Of a stretch of DNA of 42,066 nucleotides, positions 33,080 through 42,066 are shown in pieces. Origin of the DNA: a virus (lineage: Duplodnaviria; Caudoviricetes). Positions within the stretch are counted from its first letter, which is position 1; the number at the start of each line of letters is the position of its first letter. The stretch covers positions 1 through 42,066 of the IMG/VR virus record IMGVR_UViG_3300043676_000035; one strand, written 5' to 3'. The position numbers and the translations under genes were made by a program. The notes below the pieces were generated by a model. The model did not search any database. It was not told where the DNA came from and saw only the letters and a program-made list of their open reading frames with translations.

Positions 33080-33502
33080 TTATACGCCCAAGTAACAGAC
33101 GTATGCCGGCGTCGAGACGCCCGTAATGCGGATGATCATCTCTCCGCTGGCGTCCTGCGCGATGACCTTTGAGGCGGCCGTTTGGTGCGCGTGGTAAGCG
33201 CCACCCGTGCCGGCATCGATGGTGATGGCCTCGCTGGCGTCTGCCGTATTGATGATGCGGCAACGGAACGTGTCGCCAATCTGCGGCTGCGGGATTGCGG
33301 CCACCAGCAGAGCGGCAGTCGGCAGCACGTCGGTACGGGCCGAGCCCGAGGGATCACGAAGGATGAAGCCGGACAGGATTTGCGCTGCCGTGTACGTTGC
33401 AGCGCCCGCCGTGGTGATCTCCGTAGGGGCATCAGAGCGACCAATGAACCGCTCGGCTCGCACGATCATGTCATTGTATTCAGTTTCGGTGCCGGTGGAC
33501 AT
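33080..33502 (-). CDS. Capsid decoration-type protein
   Basis: T.TAAQILSG.I......RTD.LPTAA.L motif. Confidence 0.65.
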   Translation of the reverse strand: MSTGTETEYNDMIVRAERFIGRSDAPTEITTAGAATYTAAQILSGFILRDPSGSARTDVLPTAALLVAAIPQPQIGDTFRCRIINTADASEAITIDAGTGGAYHAHQTAASKVIAQDASGEMIIRITGVSTPAYVCYLGV

Positions 33503-33513
33503 TTCAGGTCTCC

Positions 33514-34104
33514 TCAGTAGAGCGTTGCGATTGGGCCAAGACCCGTGGTGAATGTGGTTGGCACGGTGATGCTGGCGTACCCGGCCGGCGTCCCGTAAAC
33601 GAGCGAAGTGATCTTGCCAGCGCCGAAGTTTCCGACGACGTGAGTATTTAGATCGTTCGTATTGTCGTCATTGATAACGCCCACGTAGTAGGTGGCAGGG
33701 CCTACCGCAGCATACGGCGCGGTAAAATCAACGCGCGTGTAGCTGTCTGCCGTGAACCCCGACACGTTCGTGGATGCGGAGATCGCCACCCGCGCGCCGG
33801 TCGAATCAAACAGCATCACCTTGGCATTGCCGTTAGTGTTGGCCCCCATGAACAGGGCGACGCCAGTAACAGTGCAATTCGCGGGGACGAAGCATTCGGC
33901 GACGTAAAGCTCCGTAACCACAACATCAAGGTTTGTTCCGTCCGCGGCAGCCGTCGCTGCGTTGCCCCCGGTGTGAACACAGCGAGGCGTTGCAGTGAAA
34001 CCGCCCGCCGCCACCACGCCGCCCGTTGGGGTCACAACCCCCGAGATATTCCCCGTCACGTTTCCCGTGACGTTGCCGATAAGGTCGGCGGCAATCGTTG
34101 CCAT
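33514..34104 (-). CDS. Head fibre/decoration-type protein
   Basis: GNVTGNVTGN repeat plus beta-sandwich. Confidence 0.65.
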   Translation of the reverse strand: MATIAADLIGNVTGNVTGNISGVVTPTGGVVAAGGFTATPRCVHTGGNAATAAADGTNLDVVVTELYVAECFVPANCTVTGVALFMGANTNGNAKVMLFDSTGARVAISASTNVSGFTADSYTRVDFTAPYAAVGPATYYVGVINDDNTNDLNTHVVGNFGAGKITSLVYGTPAGYASITVPTTFTTGLGPIATLY

Positions 34105-34113
34105 CGCATGCCC

Positions 34114-34530
34114 CTATTGATCGTTGACGTTGACGGTGTACGCGATGACTATTTCCGCAACGCCCGCCGTGGCTGCCGTGCCCGATTGCGTGTATTTGAC
34201 AAACGGCAGAGTGTCCGCAGAGAGGGTGAGGTCAGCGCCTCGCAGAACCATGTAGGAGCCGGTTGAGCCCTCAAGAACATCAGCAGCGGCCACCATATCG
34301 TTGTAGGAAGTGGCATTTTGCCCGACCGTAAGAACGTTGGTTGTTGCCGCATTGAATGCGGTTTTAATCTTGACCATCACCCACTGAATGGATGCGAGGG
34401 CCGGGATATACCGAGCAAACGGCCTGCCAGTGCTGATGTCCGTATCGTTGAAATTGATCGTCTTGTGCAGATAGTGGACAAGCGGCATGCGCTCGTCGCG
34501 CGTCTGCGTAGCTGAGGTGTTCGTGGCCAT
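34114..34530 (-). CDS. Capsid cement protein, paralogue B
   Basis: MATNT...VHYL.K.I...IPA....AFNA.TN.L.VG...A.AG.AE. Confidence 0.7.
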   Translation of the reverse strand: MATNTSATQTRDERMPLVHYLHKTINFNDTDISTGRPFARYIPALASIQWVMVKIKTAFNAATTNVLTVGQNATSYNDMVAAADVLEGSTGSYMVLRGADLTLSADTLPFVKYTQSGTAATAGVAEIVIAYTVNVNDQ

Positions 34531-34550
34531 CGTGAATCCCTTGGGGTGGT

Positions 34551-34570
34551 GGGCGGGCCGAAGCCCGCCC
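34551..34570 (-). promoter_or_regulatory. cUUCGg tetraloop hairpin between the cement paralogues
   Basis: GGGCGGGC-TTCG-GCCCGCCC, no U-tract. Confidence 0.65.
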
Positions 34571-34577
34571 CCTTGCG

Positions 34578-34991
34578 TTAGGCGTTCACGAGGCCGTCTT
34601 GGACCAAAAATTCGATCCAGACTTCCGCGATGCCCGTGGTTGCGGCGGTGCCCGTCACGTCCACAGTGCAGTTAATGAGCGTATCGACCGATACATACCA
34701 ATCGTTCGAGGTCGCCATCTCATCCGCGACAATCACGCCAACCGTGCCAAGGGCTAGATCGGTCGCGAAGCCGTCATCATCGGCAACGGTGCCGATATCG
34801 AGCTGGTTGGTCGATCCCGCGTTAAACGCTTCCCGAACTGCCACGCCGCCGCGAAGGACGATTGCGCCGGCCGGAATCCAGCCGAGCGGCACAACGAGCG
34901 TCGCGTCGGCCTTAGTGATCTTCTTGCGCAAATAGTGGACCTGGTGAGTCTGATAGACCCGAGCCACCGTGCCTGCTGTGTTAGTTGCCAC
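34578..34991 (-). CDS. Capsid cement protein, paralogue A
   Basis: Immediately after the MCP; jelly-roll-like; aligns by eye with 34114..34530. Confidence 0.7.
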   Translation of the reverse strand: MATNTAGTVARVYQTHQVHYLRKKITKADATLVVPLGWIPAGAIVLRGGVAVREAFNAGSTNQLDIGTVADDDGFATDLALGTVGVIVADEMATSNDWYVSVDTLINCTVDVTGTAATTGIAEVWIEFLVQDGLVNA

Positions 34992-35001
34992 GTTGGCCTC
35001 C

Positions 35002-36099
35002 TTAGCTCTGACGAACGGCGTAGGTGGAGATAGTCACCGTGCCGAAGTCGATTGCGTTGAACACGGTCTTTTTCAGGCCCCAGATTGACCAAGCGCCCAG
35101 CTCCAGCTCGCGGTCATGGTCGAACAGCTCCTCGCTCCACCTGTACTTCATGGGGCCATAGCTGTTGCTTTTGCCATAGCCGCAGACGGCTGCCTGAGCG
35201 CCCAGCAGCACAGCGCGACGAACGGTCGTGATGGCCACCGAAGACGAGCTGTTGACGCCCTGGGTCACGTCCTGAGACGAGCGCAGAACGATGCCGTTCC
35301 ACTCACCAAGCGCGCCGGTATAGATCGGGGACTTGGTTGCCTCCGAGCCGGCCATGGCCGCCTTGGTGATGTCGAGCCAGCCGCCAGACGTGGCGTTGGT
35401 GCGAAGCGAGGTAACCTGCGCCGGATCGAGATAACAGACGTACTTGGGCTGGCCACCGATCATGATCGGACGGACCATGTTGGAGCCGGTGCTGGCGATT
35501 TCCTTGGCCTTGTCGAGCAAGGCCACGGTGAACGTGTCGGAGCTGGTCAGCAGCTCGTCCGTGGTCGCGGTGCCAGCGAAGATTTTGCGAGTGCTGGTGT
35601 GCGCAGTTACGGTATTCAGGCCGCAGAACACGGAGCCAGCCGTTGCACTCTCGGTATTGGCCGGGAGATAGCCGCACACGTGGTTGAAGAAAGAAACCGA
35701 CTTGCGGTCCTTCCACCACTGCACTAGGCCGTTCTTGCCCTGCTCACGCAAGTCGAAGGGAATGCGCTGAGCGTCGATGGTGGCGCCCTTGTTGCGCACG
35801 CCGACAGTCTGGCCCAGCTCATTGATGAGCAGAGCTTGCGAGTAGAACGACAGGCCCTCGGCGTTGCCTTGGGCTTTCTGTCCCTCGGTGAAGCCCTTTC
35901 CAGACAAGCGGGCGCGCAGCGCGAAGGTGATCTGATCGCCGGCTTGCTTGCTGGTGTCGCTCTTGATCTGGATGATTGAATCGTCATCCTCGCCCATGAG
36001 CTTGGCGATATCGGACGTGTCGCGCTCAGCTTCGGCCACTTCCTTGGACCAAAGCTTGACTGCCATGGCGTCACCGACGCCGAAAGATGTGGTGGACAT
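35002..36099 (-). CDS. Major capsid protein (N4-gp56/DUF4043 family)
   Basis: AVKLWS...GD.ITF.L...EG...GN.E.L...R.VLLGAQA...W.EE.FD...G.KKT.FN..DFG; SD AAGGGG before ATG 36099. Confidence 0.9.
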   Translation of the reverse strand: MSTTSFGVGDAMAVKLWSKEVAEAERDTSDIAKLMGEDDDSIIQIKSDTSKQAGDQITFALRARLSGKGFTEGQKAQGNAEGLSFYSQALLINELGQTVGVRNKGATIDAQRIPFDLREQGKNGLVQWWKDRKSVSFFNHVCGYLPANTESATAGSVFCGLNTVTAHTSTRKIFAGTATTDELLTSSDTFTVALLDKAKEIASTGSNMVRPIMIGGQPKYVCYLDPAQVTSLRTNATSGGWLDITKAAMAGSEATKSPIYTGALGEWNGIVLRSSQDVTQGVNSSSSVAITTVRRAVLLGAQAAVCGYGKSNSYGPMKYRWSEELFDHDRELELGAWSIWGLKKTVFNAIDFGTVTISTYAVRQS

Positions 36100-36305
36100 G
36101 AGAATCCCCTTGTGTCGTTCCGGTGGAGTCTCGTGCTGTGACGCCAGCGCGAAGCGGAACGGCACACCTTGTCGTCGGTGCCGGGGATTGACGATGAGCG
36201 TTTAACGCTGCTCAGGCGGAACGGCTTTTTTCCCTGCCGGTCGGGGAGCCATGTACGCGGCTCACCCTGCGTGAATGTGTCGATTTGCAGGCGGTGTCAA
36301 GAGCC

Positions 36306-37376
36306 TTATCGCTTGCCCGCAAGAAAGTCGCTCCATGCGGCGCGTCCGTTCTTGGCAATGTAAGCGGTGCGCGCTGAGCTGTAATCGTTGTCGCTCATGT
36401 TGGACAACTTCTCTCGCGTGACCGCCTCTCCAATAGCGCCACCGCCACCATTGCCGAGTGTCTTGTTGGTCTTCTGCGCAGCGTTTATGCGCTCGATTTC
36501 CGCGAGCGCCTCCGCAGATTGATCTTTACCCGGAGCGCCCGCTTTCTTCTGATATCCAAGCGCCTGCGCGATGCCATAGAGCTTCTTTGCAACCGACGCC
36601 TTCTGCCCGTGACTCTCTCGAATGAGGTCGTGGATTTCAGAGAGCACCATGCCTTGGCGCCGCGCCTCATCGGTAACGCCTGCCGCCTCCAGCATCTTGT
36701 GTCGAGCCGAGATGCCGTAGTTGAGCGCATCGGTGAAATCTGCGTTTTCCTTGCTGAAGCTGGCAACGTCCGACGTGAAGAACGATTGCAAATTGCTCCG
36801 GTCACGTTCTTTCTGTGTATCCTCGGCCGTCTTGCTGACCTTGCCGCTCAGGTCGGAGAGCTGCGACTTGGCCCACTTCACCCACGCAAAAATATCCTGC
36901 TCTGGATCGGGCTCGGCAGCAGGCGCGGCCTTGACTGCTGCCTTCTGTTCCTCACCCTTCGGCAGAACCTCAGTGAGGATAGACAGCCTCTCGCGAGCCT
37001 GGATCAGGTTCCCGCGAAGCGTCTGCGCCTCGCCCTTCGCCGTCTTGGCTTCCTCCTTGACGCGGAGGAACGCCGACTTGGGAACAAAGCGGCCGGTCTT
37101 CTGATCGCGGATCGCGCCATCTGCCTCAACGATAATCTCGCCATCGTCCATGGCATCGGCAACGGGCGTCGTCTCGGCCTTGCCGTTCGTGACCGGGGGC
37201 GCCTTCGCCTCGATCTTTTTACTGGCGTCCGTAAAAAGATTGTCGCTTTTCTCGCCGCGCGACTTGAAATAGTCGCGCTCGCCATCGGTCATAACCTCCG
37301 ACGTAGCCGGCTCGAATGCGGGAGGCGCGGTAACTGCGCCAGCATCCGGGGCGCTTATGGCTGCATCAGTGCTCAT
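36306..37376 (-). CDS. Scaffolding protein
   Basis: Between portal and MCP; RFVP...coiled coil; L..MSD.DY C-terminus. Confidence 0.8.
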   Translation of the reverse strand: MSTDAAISAPDAGAVTAPPAFEPATSEVMTDGERDYFKSRGEKSDNLFTDASKKIEAKAPPVTNGKAETTPVADAMDDGEIIVEADGAIRDQKTGRFVPKSAFLRVKEEAKTAKGEAQTLRGNLIQARERLSILTEVLPKGEEQKAAVKAAPAAEPDPEQDIFAWVKWAKSQLSDLSGKVSKTAEDTQKERDRSNLQSFFTSDVASFSKENADFTDALNYGISARHKMLEAAGVTDEARRQGMVLSEIHDLIRESHGQKASVAKKLYGIAQALGYQKKAGAPGKDQSAEALAEIERINAAQKTNKTLGNGGGGAIGEAVTREKLSNMSDNDYSSARTAYIAKNGRAAWSDFLAGKR

Positions 37377-37393
37377 AGTTTCCTCTTTCTAGG

Positions 37394-39613
37394 TCACATT
37401 CCAAGGCCGCCAGGAGGCACTAGGCCACCGGGCGCAGCGGGGGGAATCATTGCGGGCATGTCCTGTGCAGGCGGTTGCATCTCGCCCAACTCCGGCAACT
37501 CGGCGGGAGGCTTCGGCCCTGCCGTGCCCGGCGATAGCGCATCGCCCTCGCTTGCTGCCATGGCGCGGTCTTTTTCTGCGCCGATAGCGTCGAGCACCTG
37601 ACGATAGGCGCCAACCTGATACTCGGCCTGCTGCACGCCAATCTTGGCGATGTCGAGCACGGCGCCAGCACGCGAGGCATCCGCCGAGGCTTCCTTTTGC
37701 TCGGTGTCAGCGCGCTTGTTCTTGATGTCTTCCACCGCCGACGTAATAGCCAGCATCTTATGCTTCTCAGCGTCCGGGTCCGGCTTCTGCGAAATCTGTC
37801 GCAGCGCATCAACCAACTTCGACGGCAATCCCGGCGCATAATCAAGGATCGTGACCGCAACCTCTGGCGTCAACATATCCTTGAACGCCGGCAAGACCTG
37901 CATGAGCGCGGCCCAGACCTTTTCCTTGGTGTTTGGGGAGCTTGGCGCCTCCGATACCTCAGTGTCATACTGCCCCATGACATCGCGCCTAATGAGCGGA
38001 ATCGCCTTCCACCCATTGTCGCCGTTAATGCGAATCATTCGCGGCGTGTCGGTCGCGAGATATTTCTGGATGTAACAGAGACGTGTCTGCCCAACCTGCT
38101 GCTTGAAAAGCGCAAAGTTATCGAACAGGGAGGCCAGGATCGTCATGGCCGCCTGCTTGCGCTGCGCCTCCAGCACGCCCGGCTGGTCACGGTCGGCCGC
38201 GCCCAGCAGCTCCAGGTTGACACCCGACGTGGTGCCAAACGAACCATCCGCGATTTGGAACAACTGCATTACGCCAGCCGTGATGCCCGCACCCGGCTTG
38301 GCCATAATCTTGCCCTTGGCGATAGCGCCATCCGCAAGCACCGTGACCGCGTTCGGCTTGGCGTAGTTGGCCAGGAACTCCCGCGCATCATCCATGGCCG
38401 ACTTCTCAACCAGGATACCGCCCTTGGCGGTGCTGTTGACGATGTGCATGATCTGAGCAAAGAATTTGTTGCTCCAGATTTGCGGGTCTTTTAGCACGCG
38501 CACGATGCCGAACCACGTACCCTCTACGTCGTCGGGTTCGTAGGTGATGACGTTGAACGTGAAACCGTCCGGCCGCGGTCCGGGGCCACACTGCAGTATC
38601 TTGCTGCCGAGGAACGCCTGCTTATAGACCTTGCGGCGCAGCTTGGCGCTAGGGGGCGTCTGCCCTCCCATCTTCGCAACATGCGCCGGCCAATCAGTCT
38701 CGCTCACGTCAATCAACAGGTCTTCCGGCTTAACCTGCTGCTGCGCCATCGCGGCCTGCTGGATAACCGCCTGCGCATCGGGGCGCACGGTCTTGTAATA
38801 ACCCTCCAGCTCCGACCACTGCACCTGTACGATTGTAACTTCGCGCTTGGGATCGTTGGAGACGTTGTTTTCTGCCCGCAGCTCTTTCTGCTCCTGGGTC
38901 TTCGGGTTCGGGTCTTTGCCCGACGTGATGTCGCCGGCCCATGACGCATTGAGGTCTTCGTCCATCACATCGGGAGAGTCCGTGATACCCGGCAGCAGCG
39001 CGCGAGCCTCGCTGAGCAGCATCTTGCGAGCGCGCCAAATTCGCTTGGCGTCAAGCAAGTTGTCATCGCGAGCGTTCTTGTCCCACCCCATCTCGCCGGG
39101 AAATACGCGATCCTCTATGTATTTGCCCTTGGGGTCTTGATCGAAATCGATCTTGGCCTCGGTGAACCCCATCCCGCAAATCGTGGCGTCGCGGAATGCG
39201 CGCGACTGCTTACGATCCGCATTGCACCCGCGTGCCATCCAATCCGACGTGCCCGACAGAACCTCGTTCTCCTTGATGTCGCCGGGGTCCGTGATGTCGG
39301 TTGGCAGAAACGCAGTCTTGTGCCGGTTGTTGGCCTCAATGCCGCAGATAGCGCGCACGAACTTCAAAGTTTTATTGAATGTCACAGCCGGGCGCTGCTC
39401 ATCCACCAACTTCTGCACGTCGGTCTGATTCCATTGGCCCGGCCCAGCCACAAAATTGAACTCCTGCAGCGCATTGGTGCGCCACGTGTTGGAATGCTCC
39501 ATATCAGCAATGATCTGCTCCTTGAGCATGAGGAACAGGCCGAGCTCGTCCTGCTGGGAAGACGGCTTGTCTTCGACGGGAGCGGCGTCGCTTAGCGCTT
39601 GGTCATCCATCAC
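37394..39613 (-). CDS. Portal protein (P22-like)
   Basis: G.QW.....L....RP..TFN, G.E.NNR, FG.VR.LKDPQ...NK; Pro-rich tail. Confidence 0.9.
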   Translation of the reverse strand: MMDDQALSDAAPVEDKPSSQQDELGLFLMLKEQIIADMEHSNTWRTNALQEFNFVAGPGQWNQTDVQKLVDEQRPAVTFNKTLKFVRAICGIEANNRHKTAFLPTDITDPGDIKENEVLSGTSDWMARGCNADRKQSRAFRDATICGMGFTEAKIDFDQDPKGKYIEDRVFPGEMGWDKNARDDNLLDAKRIWRARKMLLSEARALLPGITDSPDVMDEDLNASWAGDITSGKDPNPKTQEQKELRAENNVSNDPKREVTIVQVQWSELEGYYKTVRPDAQAVIQQAAMAQQQVKPEDLLIDVSETDWPAHVAKMGGQTPPSAKLRRKVYKQAFLGSKILQCGPGPRPDGFTFNVITYEPDDVEGTWFGIVRVLKDPQIWSNKFFAQIMHIVNSTAKGGILVEKSAMDDAREFLANYAKPNAVTVLADGAIAKGKIMAKPGAGITAGVMQLFQIADGSFGTTSGVNLELLGAADRDQPGVLEAQRKQAAMTILASLFDNFALFKQQVGQTRLCYIQKYLATDTPRMIRINGDNGWKAIPLIRRDVMGQYDTEVSEAPSSPNTKEKVWAALMQVLPAFKDMLTPEVAVTILDYAPGLPSKLVDALRQISQKPDPDAEKHKMLAITSAVEDIKNKRADTEQKEASADASRAGAVLDIAKIGVQQAEYQVGAYRQVLDAIGAEKDRAMAASEGDALSPGTAGPKPPAELPELGEMQPPAQDMPAMIPPAAPGGLVPPGGLGM

Positions 39614-39933
39614 TGCGCATCCTTGGGTATCTCGCGCATCACGGCAGTCTTGCGGCGAAGGGCCGAACGCGACAGCTCTAGGGTGACTTTCTCGGCATCA
39701 TTGTTGATGATGGCCTGTAGCTCCAGCAGCGACGACAGCAGGTCGGGATTGAAGCGCTTGCGGGCAACGGCCACGCCCTGAGCCACGAAGCCCGCCATGC
39801 TCTCCAGCGCCATCTTCTTGCCCAGCAGAATCAGCTCGTCCTTCTCAAGGCGGTTGACATCAAACGTGATGAATGCGCCCAGGCTCTCGCCGGCTGCGGC
39901 GCGCTTTGCGGCATCTTTGTCAAGCTGGCTCAT
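39610..39933 (-). CDS. Hypothetical protein
   Basis: 107 aa between terL and portal. Confidence 0.6.
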   Translation of the reverse strand: MSQLDKDAAKRAAAGESLGAFITFDVNRLEKDELILLGKKMALESMAGFVAQGVAVARKRFNPDLLSSLLELQAIINNDAEKVTLELSRSALRRKTAVMREIPKDAQ

Positions 39934-40079
39934 TTAAGCCCCCAGGCTATGGCGCAGACTGTCGCGACGTAGGCGACAAGCGCGACGATTTCCCACGGCT
40001 CGGGCACGATCATGATGATGGCGATGGCGGGTGCCACCATCGCCAAGTGCATACTTGCCTCTAAGGCTAGACCCTTCAT
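39930..40079 (-). CDS. Small 2-TM membrane protein (start uncertain)
   Basis: Hydrophobic C-terminal half of ORF 39930..40169. Confidence 0.45.
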   Translation of the reverse strand: MKGLALEASMHLAMVAPAIAIIMIVPEPWEIVALVAYVATVCAIAWGLK

Positions 40080-41584
40080 GCGCTCATCCATGACGATTGA
40101 TCTCGCGGCTGATGCCGGCGATGGGGGTTTTCTTTGGGGTAGATGCCGCAAGCGAGTGTGTTGTTCCACGCGTCCGCGAGATTCGGACTCGGAATACCCT
40201 GCTTGCGCAGCTCTTTCTTGCTAATGACGACATGTTTGCCGAGGATGGTGTAATCGTAGGTCTGCTGGGTCAGCTCACCGATGAATTTCTCAATCAGCTT
40301 CCATGTCTCGGGGTCATGCGGTAGCTGCTCAATGCAGCAATCCATCTGCGCGAACCAGTGCCGGCAGCGGAACCATAGCTCATCGCGTAGGCGGTGCTCT
40401 GTCTCGCTGATGGCGGTAGCCTCGGCCACGTTGACGCCAGTCGTGATCTCGCGCACCACCGACCCAGGCAACCGCATGTGATCGTAGCAGCTAGACCCGA
40501 TGCCGATCACGTCAACCGCGATTTCCTTGGGCTTCTCATGATTGGGCGCGGCCTGATACATGGCGATGATGCGGCCGGCGAGCTGCGGCCCGTCGAGCTG
40601 GCGCCACTCGCGCGTGTAGCTGCTCAGCAGCGTGTTGCCCCGCCGCGCCATGACCGTGCTCGGGTCATCACCGAAGCGGCCAGGGTCCACGCCCCACACT
40701 GGCCACACGTTTGACTTGACAACAGGGCGGCCAATCGCGGCCATGACGTTGGCCAGCGAAACAACCGTCTCATCATCCTGGTTCGGGAACTCGCCAAGCA
40801 CGCGGACGCGATACTTGTTCGATCCCCTGCCAAACATCGCAATGATGTCGTCGATGTGCCCGCGCGCCCGTGGCACGTCTTCGCTGTTCACAACCATCGT
40901 GTCCCACATGTGACGCATGGTCGTATGCGTCTTGTGAAAGAACCCGGTGGCGCGCGTGGGGTTGCCCACCGCGAGCGCGATCGCGCCCGGCGTTGATAGA
41001 GTGCCAGCGCCAGCCTCAATGGTTTCCTCGGGTATGCCTGACGCTTCCTCGAATACCGCAAGAATGGTCTTGGCGTGGATGCCCTGCAAGGCTTCCGGCC
41101 GGTGCTTGGTCGCGGTGCGCGCGACTGCAAACGCCTCCTCGGGGGCACAGCGCATGACCACGCGCTCTTTCTGCCATTCGATCTCGGCCTTGAGAGCGGG
41201 AGGCAGCCGGCTAATCCACTTCGCTATCTCGGGCCACAGGCCGTCTCGCAGCTGGTCTTGCGAGTTGGCGACGATGGGCACTTTGGTGTCTGGCCCGCCG
41301 CACAGCAGCACAAACAGGATCACAATCGACAGAAAGCACGTCTTGCCGACGCCATGCCCTGAGCGGATCGACAGACGGCCCTTGGCAGTGAAGCGCTCAC
41401 GCCACGCCTTGCGGAATTTCTTGAGGGCGATCACCTGCCAATCCTCCAACTGCGGAGCATTGTCGGGGTTAGAAGCACCAGGAGGAAGAAACCCCAGAAC
41501 GCCAGTGGCAAACAGCAGAACATCGCCATTGAGCGCAGCTTGCGCCCAGGCGACCTCGCGAGGATCGGCTTCGCCGTCAAGCAC
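40076..41584 (-). CDS. terL: Terminase large subunit
   Basis: SIRSGHGVGKT Walker A, VFEEASG Walker B, GNPTR, WGVDPGRFGDD and SPNLADA nuclease motifs. Confidence 0.95.
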   Translation of the reverse strand: MLDGEADPREVAWAQAALNGDVLLFATGVLGFLPPGASNPDNAPQLEDWQVIALKKFRKAWRERFTAKGRLSIRSGHGVGKTCFLSIVILFVLLCGGPDTKVPIVANSQDQLRDGLWPEIAKWISRLPPALKAEIEWQKERVVMRCAPEEAFAVARTATKHRPEALQGIHAKTILAVFEEASGIPEETIEAGAGTLSTPGAIALAVGNPTRATGFFHKTHTTMRHMWDTMVVNSEDVPRARGHIDDIIAMFGRGSNKYRVRVLGEFPNQDDETVVSLANVMAAIGRPVVKSNVWPVWGVDPGRFGDDPSTVMARRGNTLLSSYTREWRQLDGPQLAGRIIAMYQAAPNHEKPKEIAVDVIGIGSSCYDHMRLPGSVVREITTGVNVAEATAISETEHRLRDELWFRCRHWFAQMDCCIEQLPHDPETWKLIEKFIGELTQQTYDYTILGKHVVISKKELRKQGIPSPNLADAWNNTLACGIYPKENPHRRHQPRDQSSWMSA

Positions 41585-42062
41585 GCTCTCCCCCGCCGTG
41601 AATCAGAGCCGGAACCTCGCCCCTCGCAAGAGCCTCCCAAAGCGTGCGGAAGCTCTTGCCTACCTCGTGCGTCGCTTCGATCTTTTCCCCGTACACCTTG
41701 GGGCGCAGCTTGCCGGCCATCCATTTGCGGGCATCAATGCGAAGCTTAGAGCGCGCGACATGCTCGTGGTCCAGAACGCGGACCGTCTCATCGCCGCGCT
41801 GCACGTCCATCCAATCGTTGCGGGCGTCGTCGGCTATCTCTTTGATTTCAGCAAACAAAGAGTCGGCCTGATCCGCGCGCGCGCGCGCGTATTGTGTGCG
41901 GAACTGCTCATGCGTGCGCAGCCAACGACGGATCGTTGACCAATGCGGCCTTCCCGGCTGATCGCAGTATTCACGAACGCTCCCACCGTCTGCGATATGC
42001 TCGCAGAACTCCTCAGCCATTTGCATCGAAAACTTGGAGTTTCCGTGCAGCTTTACCGGCAC
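41577..42062 (-). CDS. terS: Terminase small subunit (Sf6-like)
   Basis: F..QYARAR..QAD....EI..IADD...ARSKLRIDARKW...KL.PK.YG. Confidence 0.92.
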   Translation of the reverse strand: MPVKLHGNSKFSMQMAEEFCEHIADGGSVREYCDQPGRPHWSTIRRWLRTHEQFRTQYARARADQADSLFAEIKEIADDARNDWMDVQRGDETVRVLDHEHVARSKLRIDARKWMAGKLRPKVYGEKIEATHEVGKSFRTLWEALARGEVPALIHGGGERA

Positions 42063-42066
42063 CAGG
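41870..42066. repeat. Terminal direct repeat, right copy
   Basis: Matches 1-197 with two mismatches. Confidence 0.95.

Noticed and set aside
41875-41889. (GC)n microsatellite / Z-DNA tract
   Set aside because: Explained by the conserved YARAR coding motif of TerS
36519-41939. Long plus-strand ORFs (36519..37601, 37697..38494, 40947..41939)
   Set aside because: Shadow frames of scaffold, portal and terminase in GC-rich DNA, with no motifs
1-42066. tRNA/rRNA genes, protelomerase/telomere site, IS elements, stop-codon reassignment
   Set aside because: None recognisable by eye; genes read through normally in the standard code. A tRNA scan was not run

Overview
The window is an apparently complete ~41.9-kb GC-rich temperate podovirus-type phage genome, probably infecting an alphaproteobacterium. 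It is circularly permuted through terS, with a 197-bp end overlap. The minus-strand late arm runs terS, terL, P22-like portal, scaffold, N4-gp56/DUF4043-type capsid, five decoration-type genes, adaptor/nozzle, ejection proteins (one with an M15 peptidase), two tail fibres and lysis genes, with an inverted orphan gtrA. The early half has a lambdoid cro/cI switch with readable promoters and operators, a Rad52/Sak annealase, an O-like initiator with an internal origin, and many small genes. No integrase is recognisable. Instead there is a plasmid-type maintenance island inserted between cro and the replication genes: a GGTAGC repeat array with promoter, HNH-AP2, ParA, an RHH protein, a membrane-anchored winged-helix protein, and a convergent 24-aa hydrophobic peptide with a sequestered SD. 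There is also a small serine recombinase heading a 3.3-kb block bounded by direct repeats, and a 28-bp dif-like XerCD site at the position where attP usually sits. Best reading: a phage-plasmid, possibly also integrating via host XerCD, with a partition system that may be undescribed. All protein calls are by motif recognition by eye; no searches were run.
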